From: Sphagnum compactum
Taxonomy: Eukaryota
DNA: 64,000 bases
Reading direction: 5' to 3'
Assembly (NCBI GenBank): GCA_965153455.1
Contig: OZ234494.1
Location: 3,720,001 to 3,784,000 of the forward strand
A model generated the notes under the pieces. It saw only the letters and a list, made by a program, of their open reading frames with translations, did no database searches and was not told where the DNA came from. A program made the translations under genes and the position numbers. Positions 52,750 through 64,000 of this stretch are shown here, piece by piece (the first letter of the stretch is position 1; every line of letters begins with the position of its first letter).

Positions 52750-54764
52750 GGTCATGTAAATTACATAGGGGTTTCGTAGGCTACATTATTTAATGTTTTC
52801 AATAGGTTTTAGCACTCCATATGAGAATATGTCATTCTGAAATGTTTAGGTAATCTTACATTCCTTTTTGGTTTATATTTGATAGGACATTCAAAATTCG
52901 TTCAATTGATTTGAATCATTTGTTATAACACTTATTTAAACATACATATCCCCCTTTCATTGTTTAACATATTAGAACATTCATTTTGTTAAATCCTTGT
53001 TTTAGAATTTAGGACACAAAACAAATAGGTTTCATGATTCTTGTTATGGTACCCCAACCGTGAATGCACCCGTGTCATTTTCTAATCATTTTACAATTGC
53101 ACTAAAATGTCAAGTCATCATTATCCATGTCATTTACACATTAATCATTTTGTAGTCATAAAAATTTAATTAAGAGTCCACATCATTTTGTTCTCCCTCG
53201 TGGATGTCATAAGGATGAAATACATTCAATGAAATAGTGACTTTGTGTTTTCATTTATGACATCATCAATTATTAATGACATAATCAATTAATTCATGAC
53301 TATCTCTCTTTACACATAGAATTCAAAGTTGTATTTTATGTCTATAGTCATTCATAAATGCATTGAGAATTTTTAATCATTGTTTTTTTGTTACAAAGGA
53401 CATGATTTTTTCTAGTATACGCAAAATTTGGTGAATTGTCATCTTCAAGAACAAAAGTAGCAAATATCCTTCACCTACCAACCACGGATAAAATGTTTAA
53501 GGAGGTAATCATTGGTGAAAGGTCACCAAGCTAATATTGTAGCTTGGTGACTATCAATTCTCTTTGCATTTCTTTGTATTTTTAAAGGGTAAAAGAAAGT
53601 GTTAAAATTTGTCAATCACCAAACACATTTTCCAGATTTCTTGATCAATTGTTTGAATCCACCTAAGGTCTCTTTTATGGACACGAAAAGAGGGAATACA
53701 TTTCTCTATATTTTACATGCAAAATGTATTTTCAATTATAGATAAAGAAAACTTGGGGACTTTTCGGGCATGTTTTGACAAAATTTTTAAAATGTGAAAA
53801 TAGCCCCAAAAGAAGACAAAAAACTTACCATTGCCAAATCTTGCAATTATGTATATGTAATCGTAATTCCCTAAAAATCATACATTCAAGAAAATAAAAA
53901 TAAATTGTTGTCAAAACCTTTTGGCCCACCATAAAAACTTGACATGGACATTCTCAATAATCTGCACTAATTAGAATGTCATATGTATAGTGTAAAGCCC
54001 TATGGTCAGGGGATTCTCAAAATAAGGAGCCTAGGACAAGGCAACAACCAAGTCCAACCTTGCATTCGGGGAATTTACCTAACCCATCTATTCTACCCAT
54101 CATAAAGCATTAGGGAAAAGGTTGTCATGAACCTAACATATGTAAATCATAAGGTGTAGGAGAGGGAGAGTTCTTACACCTCGTGAAGAGGCATACTCAA
54201 GCGGAGTGCGAGGGATCTTATGTTAACCACTAGGCATAATTTCTCTCCCTCTTTGAAAGGGTAATCATAATATCTTTCTTTCTTTTCTAAGGTGAATATT
54301 CGTGGATATAAGGTACCCTCCAAATGTACTAAAAAATTTCTTGGAATGCTTTACGAATTCAAATTGAGCTTCATTAAAATATAATTCAAACATTCCAATC
54401 TATATTGTGTTTCCAATTCATTATTGTTTTTAAAATCAAAATGTCAATGTCAGATAATTTAATGATCAAAATCATCATTGTAGGAGAAGGTATTTTGTAA
54501 ATTGACTTGGGTGTGAGCTTCCTCTCTATTGTTGTTGATTGGACCAATTTCAATATGGGGTTAATTACACTTGTTTGTTCTCTTCAGAATCATTGATAGA
54601 CACTTGAGTCAATTTTTTGCATACATGACTCAATAAGGTTTGAAACAATTGTAAGTTGTTTATGCGGTGTAACATCAAACAATGTCAATTTATCCTGCCA
54701 CAATTTTATATAACATGCAAAAATTAAGAGTGTTGAAAAAAAGATGCAAACAAAGTAACATCTA

Positions 54765-54872
54765 GGGTAAAGCCCCAGGGTGGAGGCATTCCCAAAATAA
54801 GAGGCTTAGGATGAGGCAGTAGCGGAGTCTAACCTCCTATTTTGGAAATGCCTCCACCCAGGGGCTTTACCC
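54765..54872. mobile_element. 108-bp hairpin element (mini-MITE); decayed relatives at ~53990-54085 and ~52288-52350
   Basis: gggtaaagccccagggtggaggcattcccaaaataagaggcttag pairs with ctaacctcctattttggaaatgcctccacccaggggctttaccc: ~44-bp stem, 3 mismatches, 1 bulge. Confidence 0.75.
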
Positions 54873-57301
54873 ATAGTACAGCTCATGAGGTGAATGTCAT
54901 TGTGAAAGTAAAGCACTCACAGAAATTCCCCAATGAATTTCCCTAACTTCATTTTGGTTTCCAAATGTCTCACAACAATTTAGCTGTTGGAGCCATACTT
55001 TCCTCATCATAGCTCTGGTGTTTGTGTGATTTTCTCTTGTAGAGATATTGAAGATATTTCTTCTTGTGAAGAATAAAAAGCTGCTAACCCTATTGTTTTG
55101 AGTCTCCTTTTGTCCACTAGCCTTTTAGCATGGTGTCAAGTGTCATATCATTTCATGTGGCAGGTCTATGTACACAGCAAAGTTGTTAGTGATTATTGTA
55201 GAACATTAGTGTTCAAAATTTATTTGTTGTTGAAACTCAGTTCAATGTGAACAGGGTTCTAATTGTTTTTGTTTTGAAGAGTTTATTCCCAAGTTGTGTC
55301 TATGGAGTCTCCTCTTTTGTGTTACAAATCAAACTCATTTGCGACCACATGAATCCAAGTACAAGCATGCATTTTGGTGTCAAACTGCTCTTGCTTATGA
55401 AAATCCTTTGTAAAGCAAGAATTTGTGAACAAGAGCTTGTGATGCATGTATATCCTATGTATGCTTTACAAGCCCCTAAATTCTGCATTTTGAACTTCTG
55501 GAGGATCAAGGTAGGAGCCATTATACGTAACTAGTAGCAACATTGCATACCTTGGCCAACTCTATTGTTGGCTAATAATTAACTGGATGCTCCACCTTTG
55601 GAGATGCTGATGATGAACTATTCACAAGATTTTCTCCACAAGTTTAGTTAGCATCAGACTGAGATATAATATGAGATGTGGAGGGTAAGACTCCATAGTG
55701 AGGGCATTTTGTAGATGATTGAACCTGTATTATTCAAAGATTAAAATAATAATAATTAAAAAAATAACAACCATGTCCATGGAGGATGTCACTACATCAT
55801 GACGTAGATTTGAAGGCAAAGCAAGAATCTGCATTGCTTCTATCCCAACCTAGTCATGTTTTCAAAATTAGAAAACCCCTTGGATGCACACATGCAGCTT
55901 GCATTCATTCTGTTCCATTTTGTCTCTATCACAATTCAAAGGCATCCTTCAGATGGCTTGATGTGGAGGTACAAAGGGAAAGACGTGGTGACCACCTCAG
56001 TTGGAACCGTAAGCACAAGTGTGAGCTGTGTTGTCCAGCCATTTTTTGTGCATTGAATGCTTTTTGCAGCAAAAATCACAGCTAGTTTGAACATGGAGTA
56101 TGATTTAAACTCTCGATCAGAACACGCTTCCAGGAAGTATAGCTGTTTTGAAATGGTGGCATAATCCTTCCTCTAATAGCATCCTTAGGGTTCAGTATAC
56201 TACTTTAAGTTTGTTATGTAGTTCCTTGGTAAGATTGGTACTCTGAAAAGAAGATCGTTCCATTCATATTATGCAACATCTATTTCTGGTTCGCTTTGAT
56301 TTGGGAAGGTTGCCATAGGGTTGAAGCATTATGTCAAAGAAATTTTTTGTCTCTTACAGTGCTGGACCCAGATGTCATTGGTGAACACGTCTGGAATATG
56401 GGCTGAATGCAATATGATGTTGGAACAGAAGGGTTTTGTTTTGACTTGGTCTCCACCATTCCAGGATTTTTCTCTTGAAAGCTCTTCACATTTTTGGACA
56501 CCTTTCTTCCATAGTCAGGTTGATCATCTCTTTGATTATCCTGGAGGTCAATATCTGATATGTTGCAGGATTAATTCTCTTTGGTGGTACACGTGTTCCA
56601 GTAAACACAGTGGGTGCAGGTTTGTTTGGCAGATGCTTAATTTGTATGCCTTGTCCTGGACTGCCCTCCTTAGCATTCAGTGTTCAATTTTCAGTTCCTT
56701 ATGAATTTCCCAGGTGAGATCAATGCACTGACAACAAGATTGTTACATCTAGATTTTGCAATGTCTACATTCAGTTTGCTTCAACCCAGGACTTCAAGTT
56801 TATGCTTTCTGCATTGATCTAGCTGGCTATCAGGTCTCTGGGGATAAGGGTTATGTCCCATGACAGTTTCATTATTTCAAAGGACAATTGTTCCCTTCCA
56901 ATGTTGGACCTGCATGCAAAACAGCAGGAGTTTGCTGGAAGGTTCCAATGATAAGAGAAAAAAATGATTTGTCTCTTGTCAGCTTGGTCTATCCTCTTAT
57001 GAGCTGCACATATGGACAGATTTCTTCCCTCTTCCATATGTGATCTGTTTTGATGGAATAGTGTGTGTTATGTGATAATTTTCAAGCTCTTGAGATTCAT
57101 GTGACATTGCAAATGGTATGGAGGATTCCATCCGCCATTACACACTAGTTTTATAAACGTACATCACACAAACCATCTACATCTTTCATTGCAACATAGT
57201 CAACAGGTTTACATGCTATGATGCACATCAGCTTCTAGCAGGTCAGAAATCAGGAGAATTCTGATGCAGCAGGAATTTCTTGTTTCAGCAGGTGTGCACT
57301 T

Positions 57302-60097
57302 TTACTCATCATTAACAAGTAAGACTTTTCCTCCATGTGCATCTTCCTGCCATTACAAACATAACCGATATTAGTTGGAAATTGTGCAAAGTGTTTTTTT
57401 CACTGCACACAAGGACTGTGAGGATTGTATGTTGAGGTTGTTGAGATATATTGGTTCTCTGTGTACCTGACTTTTGGCAATTGCCTGGTTGAATTTGCTC
57501 AATGGAAACTTCTCCCCACTGAGTGGATGCATGATCTTTTTTTCAAAGAGACCCATGATGATTTGCGCAACTTCTTGCATTTCAGTTGGAGACAGAGCTC
57601 GCATCCATCCAGCGAGACTATAACCTTGGAGTCGAACATTCCGAAGTATAAAGTCCATGCACTCCATTTTCAACACACTACTCTCCAAGATGCCGAAAAG
57701 CAGAACCTCCCCTGAAGTCCTCACAGATGATGCCACAAGCTGTGACCATTACATACAAAAAATCGGTCCTCTTCTCAGCACACAATTCTGACAAACTTTG
57801 TCTCTTTGCTGCACTGTGAATTGGTTTTCTGAACTTGTGTACATCCCAGAAAATCTGACAGCAGATGAAGTTGGAGGGTGAGGAGACCAGTCCTCTTTTC
57901 AGCACACAATTCTGACAACCTGTCTCTCTCTTTGCTGCACCATGAATTGGTTCTCCTAAACTTGGGTACATCCCAGAAAATCTCACAGCAGATGAAGTGG
58001 AGGATGAGGAGGAAAACAGAGGACAAGTAGAAACCTGGGTCATATCACCACACACACAATCTATGCCAGCATAAGCCAGATTGCCTCCTGTCAACTGCTT
58101 CACACGATCCACCACATCCTCCTTGATGTAATTGATCACTTCGTCTGCTCCAATGGCTTTCAGTTCTTCAATTTGTGAATCCCGTCGCACCAAGTTGATT
58201 GTCTGAGACTCCCCATTACCCCCACCTTCCTAGTATCAGTATATATATTGCAAAACACTTTGGGAAATCTGATTACAAGGTGGATAGAAGAAATAAAATG
58301 ATCTGAATCATGTGGGGGTTGAAAACCTAGTTCCAAGTAATAACATGATCTATGTACCTACCTTAATGCCTTTGTGCTTTGCAAGCTGAATGAACATGCG
58401 GCCCAATACTGAGGCTGCAGCTGATTGAATCACATATTCACCCTTTGGGACTTGTAGAATTTGTATCATTGAATACACTGCCACCATCCAACAAACATTT
58501 CACTTGTCAGAGTCCATGACGAATGATATCATAGTGCAATATACCTCACATCATGTAATGGTTTTCATGTGGTCTTTTCTGCTGCTCTTTGAAGTCCCCA
58601 TACAAAGCACAATGGACAAGTCTTGAGTGAACCTCATCTGAGTTGGGTTGTATGACTATTATGTAAATGCACAAAAACCATTATGTAATGGAGTGTGTGG
58701 GGTACAGGCCATTGTTTCCATTTTTCTGCCCATTTGGAAATTCAGGCTCGCCCTACTAGGCACGTCATAAGCACCTCACCAGGCACAATGGCATGTACCC
58801 GGCATGCTCCATGAGATGGAGTATCTCACAAGTATGTTTCAACACAAATCCAGAAATAGTCCTGAACAAGCTGAGAAACTATGTGGAAAGTCAAGACAAG
58901 ACATTTGTTAACTACTTGAAATGGATGCAAGGAGAGTTGCTTGATCATAATGTTTGGTTGCTGCAAAAGCCTACGACCACTCAGAAAAAACCTAGATCTT
59001 TTGTTGGATACAAATCACTGATTGGGGCAGTTATAAGATCAAGACCTTCTTAGCTGAAAATTGAACTTCAAAGGAGATTACATTAACATGATATCACAAC
59101 ATCAAATAGTTTTGAGAACAATCCGAAGAGAGAGATCATGATGTTTGATGTTTGATTGAACTGCAAAACCTTCGTCCACTCCGGAAAAAACCAAATCTAT
59201 GTTGTTCATTGGATACAAAAGCTCAGATTGAGCATTTATTTGATCAAGACCTTCTCAGCCAAAAATTGAACTTCAAAGGAGATTACTCTAACATCATATC
59301 ACATGATCAATTCTTTTCGAAGATGATCCAAGATCAATTTTTTTGGAGAATTATCTGAGAGGGAGAGAGAAATACACACACACACACCTGTCCAGGGAAT
59401 TCCAAGAAACTGTGAAGCAGATTCATCAGAGACTGAGTCAGGTATGGGGATGACTCGAAGTGCGGGCACAACAACATACTCCTGCCAAGAGCCTTGATCT
59501 GTCTCAGCTGTCTTTGACAGCAATGGATAAACCCTCTGCCCCACCTTAACATTTGTCACATTCTCCCCAACCTGCAGCATGTTCAGATTCATGATATCAG
59601 GTTGTTCCGAGCTTCCACAAATGTCAAGTGTGGGGTGGGTTTAGGGGTTTAGGGTTTTGAGTGCAACTGTGGGTATGAGATCCAGTAGACTCCTGGACAG
59701 CTGTGAAAGGTATGTATGAGATTTTGCAGAGAAAAGGTTTCTGAGCCACACTCTAAGTATACAATTATGAACTTGGGTAGCAACAATTATTGTGTCTGGA
59801 TCATCACATTCAGGAATCAGGATCTGTGTACATGATACGTGCCTCAGAGATTTTCCCCACGCCTTCGAATCCAATAGTGATGGGGAACTTCTTCGGTACG
59901 AAGTGAGGGTAATGAGCCTGGACCGAGAGTACGTCTCCCTGGTGGACGGGTCTGCACAACATGTGGATGAGCACCTCATCCTTCCCTGGCACTGGGGTCA
60001 CTTTCTCCACCAAGCTACATGCTGTCAGTGGGTCGTCATTGAAGCCGTGCAGCAACCGAACTGCCTTATGTGTAGAAGACTTTCTACTTGAAGCCAT
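57302..60097 (-). CDS. Medium-chain dehydrogenase/reductase (GroES-like + Rossmann fold), zinc-independent enoyl-reductase/quinone-oxidoreductase-like, 346 aa, 6 exons
   Basis: Exons 60097-59843, 59571-59388, 58477-58362, 58202-58035, 57739-57467 and 57346-57302 sum to 1041 nt in one open frame. Motifs PGKDEVLI..GFEGVGKI..VGENVTNVKVGQRV..GSWQEY..VIQSAAASVLGRMFIQLAK..LKAIGADEVI..GGKVLL. Intron 1 is GC-AG; the others are GT-AG. Confidence 0.93.
57764..58003. repeat. ~124-bp tandem duplication in MDR intron 4
   Basis: Two copies of gtcctctt.tcagcacacaattctgacaa..tctttgctgcac..tgaattggtt..gtacatcccagaaaatct.acagcagatgaagt.ggagg. Confidence 0.9.
58932..59305. repeat. Diverged ~200-bp-period duplication in MDR intron 2
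   Basis: Two copies of ctgcaaaa.c..cg.ccactc.gaaaaaacc..ttggatacaaa..gatcaagaccttct.agc..aaaattgaacttcaaaggagattac..taacat.atatcaca. Confidence 0.85.
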
Positions 60098-60500
60098 GAT
60101 CTAGACCACAATTGGTGTCCCGGATTTCGCAAATTCACGAATTTCTGAGCTTTCAATTCTCCGCTTAGGGCAGGATCAAAACGGAGGAAAATGAAATCCT
60201 GGTTTGGAAGCAATGACTCTTATCAGCAATGACTCTTATCAACCAAGTGGAAAATTTGTGAGCTGCATGGATTGGGAAGATCACGTGCTCCCAACTATAA
60301 ATAAGATCCAGGAATTAGTGAGGCGGACAAGGTGGTGCGATCTAGGGTTTAGGGGCCCCTTCCTTCGGCGGAAATTTCTTCACAAACTTGGCCACGCTTC
60401 CTTCTTCAGAAATTTCTGCACGAAAGGCACAAAATATCGGCACTCTTGGACTTGGCGCCCACGGGCATAGACGTATGCAATGGATGAACTATGTTTGTCA

Positions 60501-61008
60501 AGCATTACATCCACAAAGAAAGGGGTTCATCTATTCCTTTTCATCCTCATTTCATGAGAAAGCGTGCATTACATTCAGAAAGAAACGAGTTCATCTTTTC
60601 ATTTTCATCCTCATTTCATGAGAAAGCGTGCATTACATCCGCAAAGAGACGGGGTTCATCTTTTCATTTTCATCCTCATTTCATGAGAAAACATGCATTA
60701 AATGCACAAAGAAACAATACATTTTTCATTTTCATCCTCATTTCATGAGAAAGTGTGCATTACATCCACAAAGAAACAGGTTCATTTTTTCATTTTCATC
60801 CTCAATTCATGAGAAAGTGTGCAGTACATGCGCAAAGAAACAAGTACGTTTTTCATTTTCATCCTCATTCCATGTGAAAGCATAATGCACAAAGAAACAA
60901 GTACATCTTTTCATCCTCATTTCTTGAGAAAGTGTGCATTATGTGCACAAAAAAATGGATTTATCTTTTCATTTTCACCTTCATTTCAAGAAAAAGCTCG
61001 CATTACAT
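60501..61008. repeat. Minisatellite, ~8 copies of a ~63-bp unit
   Basis: Unit gcattacatccacaaagaaac.ggttcatcttttcattttcatcctcatttcatgagaaagygt, starting at ~60502, 60566, 60630, 60695, 60757, 60821, 60880 and 60936. Confidence 0.92.
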
Positions 61009-63971
61009 GGGGGACAATGCTTTGCATGGGGAATTGTGTATCTTTGTGAGGCATTTTCAATTTTCATTAGTAGGTTAAAGTTAATACATTTAATTTTAAT
61101 ATTCCTTTTGGTTTGTTGTTGTGGAAATTCATGATTTTGTGTATTTTCATGAATGTACTTGAAACATAACTAGTTTTTATCATGTTGTTGGGTTCTTGAT
61201 TTTCGAAAGATCATAGTTTTAACTTTCGTTTAGAAGCAAGCTTCGATTTGGTGTTGAGATTGGTTCTTTGGAATTCTAAAACTTGTGGTTTCAATTAGAG
61301 TGGATCACGTTAAATTTGGGTTCAATTCCATTTTCATCACACACAACTATACATGATTGTTTTTTTTATTAGTAAATAACCACATAGTTCTCTTCATAAT
61401 AAAGTTGTTAATTTAGATCCAAGTCACAATCAGTAGATCTAAGGATATATTAATCACCATATGCATTTGAATGAAAGGTACCCAAGAACAATTGTTCATT
61501 TTGTCACAAAAGTGATTCATTCAACCATGCATTCACCCATTAGACACCATGTGATGTCTTATTCAACTTAAATTGCAACTATAGATCTTAGTTGCAAATA
61601 TACATGTAACTAAATGTGGAAAACATATGAATTGGCAAATGAAATTGCAAGATTTAGTGGTCTAATGTTTTTTCCCTTAGTGTTTTTGAATGAATTAAGT
61701 GTTAGATGTGTAATAAGGTTTGGTACATTTGTGAAGATTTCATAGGACTAATCAAAATGTTAAAAATGGACCATTATTTGTAATTTCTAGCATAATAAGG
61801 TTTTGTGTACATAGGTGTGAACATGTTTGGTTTCTAAACATTAAATGGGATTGTTGGATTAATGAATTATTTTTTTGGGTTGTTCTAAGTGAATCTAAAC
61901 AATTCATTGTAATTGTCATTTAAGTTGGATAAGGTTTTTACACATTACTTGAAATTGCACTTTGTTTTAAGTTATTGATTTTGTGTTGGAACCAAAGTGC
62001 CATTGATTAAAAAAAAGATTTAGCCAAATTTGGCTACAAAACAAAATGAAAATAATTGTTTTAAACATCCTTTCATATTTTTGGCTATCTACTTGAACCA
62101 TGTAAAAACTCTAGTGATTTTTCTTAAATTTTTGTCAAATTTTAGCTATTGAAAATTCTCCAAAAAATGACATAATTAACATTTTTAACTTTTAAAGTTA
62201 TATATAAAGTCATGAAAAAAAAAAGTTGTGATTGATGGTTGTTTAAGATATTAGACCATTACAAATTCCACAAAAAACAAAATTCATTAATCTAATTCAT
62301 TTGGCCATATAATTAATTTATTAAATAGGCTAGGTAATAAGGTAATTAATTAATTAGGTAGACTAAGTAGTAGGTAGTATGTATGTGGGCTAAGTAATAA
62401 AAATTATATTGTGTTCATAGTACATATGATAGTGTTTTTATATTAATTATTACTTAACTTTAAATAGGCTATGTAATTAATTTATTAAATGGGCTAAATT
62501 TCAAATTTGTAATTTTTCACAATTTGCAAACTAAGTATAGTACAATGTGGAACTCCATTGGCTTTGGAAAATATTCAAAAAACTAATTGATCCACTATAA
62601 TTGAATTTTTGGGCTTTCTAAATGGGTTTGTAAAACAACTTGAAACTCCCATTGTGACAATGCAACAAGATTTTCAAGTTGTAATTTTAAGAAGCCTTTT
62701 TTTTTTTTTTATGTGCTTTGGAGTTAATATAATCAATCATGGATTTATTGTTACTAGGCTTTTTAATCCAACTTTAGAATTATCCACAACAAATGGCTTT
62801 TTGGCACGTTGCATTAAATTTACAAAAGTCCACAAAATTTGAATTTTAAATCATATTTGAAAATCTTTTGTGAAACAATACGGTTTCCTCTAACAACCCA
62901 ATTGTGAAAACATAGTCAAAATTTCATGTTGTCTTTGGTTTGTATGTGTTTTATAGTTGAAATTTTTTATGTAGAAAATAGACCAAATAGGCCAATTGTG
63001 ATATTATCTTTTTGGGCATTTTCAAAATAATAGATATTTCTTAAAGGGACTACATTAATGGATTGTAAATGACCACATAATGTGGTACTTGGGCCTTTAA
63101 AATCATCTTTCAAAATCCTCTTTCAAATACAATGCCTTATCACAATAGGATTTATGTGTTTTCCTAATCATATTTATAAAACTAATGGTATATGTTATTG
63201 CACGTGAAAAATAATTGGGGACTTTGAATCCTACATAATAGCCCTACTATGATGGTACAATTGGCTTTTTGGGTCTTCATTATTTGTTTATTTTTTATTT
63301 TAAGTTATCGTTATGTTGGTCCATTGTAGCCATTACGAACACTAGGACAATTTTTTTTGATGAAAATAATCTTTGGATCTTTTACTTTTTGTCTCTCTTC
63401 TTGATTTATAAATTTTCAATGGATAAGGGGAAGAACAAGGCAAGTGGAGTTATTGTGAGGTTTGTGAAAGGAAAAAATGTATCACATTCTAATCAAAGAA
63501 CACATGATGGCTGATATGGACCCATTCCTGAAGTGATGCATCAAACTACAAGAAATCATGGCTCATTTGACCAAAAATTCTAGTCGAAATCAACCTATTT
63601 GTGCCAATCGCCAACTTGATTAGTTAATCATATTGGACGAGTTGATTTAAACATGGCCATTTTGATTGATGGTTTTTTTTACCAAGGGAGTGATGGGTTT
63701 TTTGGTTAATTAATTTGATCGCATGTCAAATTTGATTAACAACCAACATGAATAAGTGACAATTTAATAATGGTCAATGTGGTAGTCAAAATGGCCATTG
63801 CATGTGGGATAATCTTGGTGCATTTTGTTTGACACTTGTCATTAGATGCTAGTAGATTAATTCATTGCCACATGTCGTCATGTAGTTAATATTTGATTAT
63901 CATGTGTTACTATATTTATGGTTTATAATCATGGCTTTTATGTGTTGATTGTGTGATCTTTCATAATGATA

Positions 63972-64000
63972 CTAGTGGGTACCCGTGACCTTCGGACACT
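63972..64000 (-). mobile_element. Probable Helitron 3' terminus running off the window end
   Basis: Minus strand reads ..gtgtccgaaggtcacgggtacccaCTAG|T: a hairpin just before a terminal CTAG followed by host T. Confidence 0.5.

Noticed and set aside
56360..56410. VLDPDVIGEH resembling ATP synthase beta
   Set aside because: Only ~10 residues, followed by a stop, with no flanking similarity.
60501..61008. CRISPR-like array (conserved ~30-bp core with ~33-bp variable segments)
   Set aside because: The variable segments are homologous to each other, there are no cas genes and the DNA is eukaryotic; it is a minisatellite. The overlapping ORFs are repeat artefacts.

Overview
Eukaryotic, AT-rich, intron-containing land-plant DNA. 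The repeat families resemble, from memory, those of peat moss (Sphagnum); this taxon call is an inference. No rRNA, tRNA or CRISPR features were found. Four spliced protein-coding genes can be reconstructed: (1) a 5'-partial B3-domain transcription factor at 1-1296 (+); (2) a group V (SHINE/WIN1/ESE3-type) AP2/ERF factor at 33479-34825 (+); (3) a divergent, probably secreted Pollen Ole e 1/extensin-like protein at 46995-48480 (+), split across two ORF-track entries; (4) a six-exon MDR-family enoyl/quinone-reductase-like gene at 57302-60097 (-) whose first intron needs a GC donor. A decayed Ty3/Gypsy LTR retrotransposon occupies 35928-43974 (-), with a tRNA-iMet PBS, a ~1.2 kb 3' LTR, a truncated 5' LTR and a nested fragment of a second repeat. 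The rest is mainly DNA-transposon debris: a non-autonomous CACTA element, a PIF/Harbinger ORF1 pseudogene, hAT-, Tourist- and Mutator-type MITEs (several with readable TSDs), Helitron ends, hairpins, a 63-bp minisatellite and microsatellites. I found no convincing novel multi-gene system. The best leads are the unusual Ole e 1 protein, the SHN/ESE3 mosaic ERF, the substituted MDR active site and the hairpin elements.
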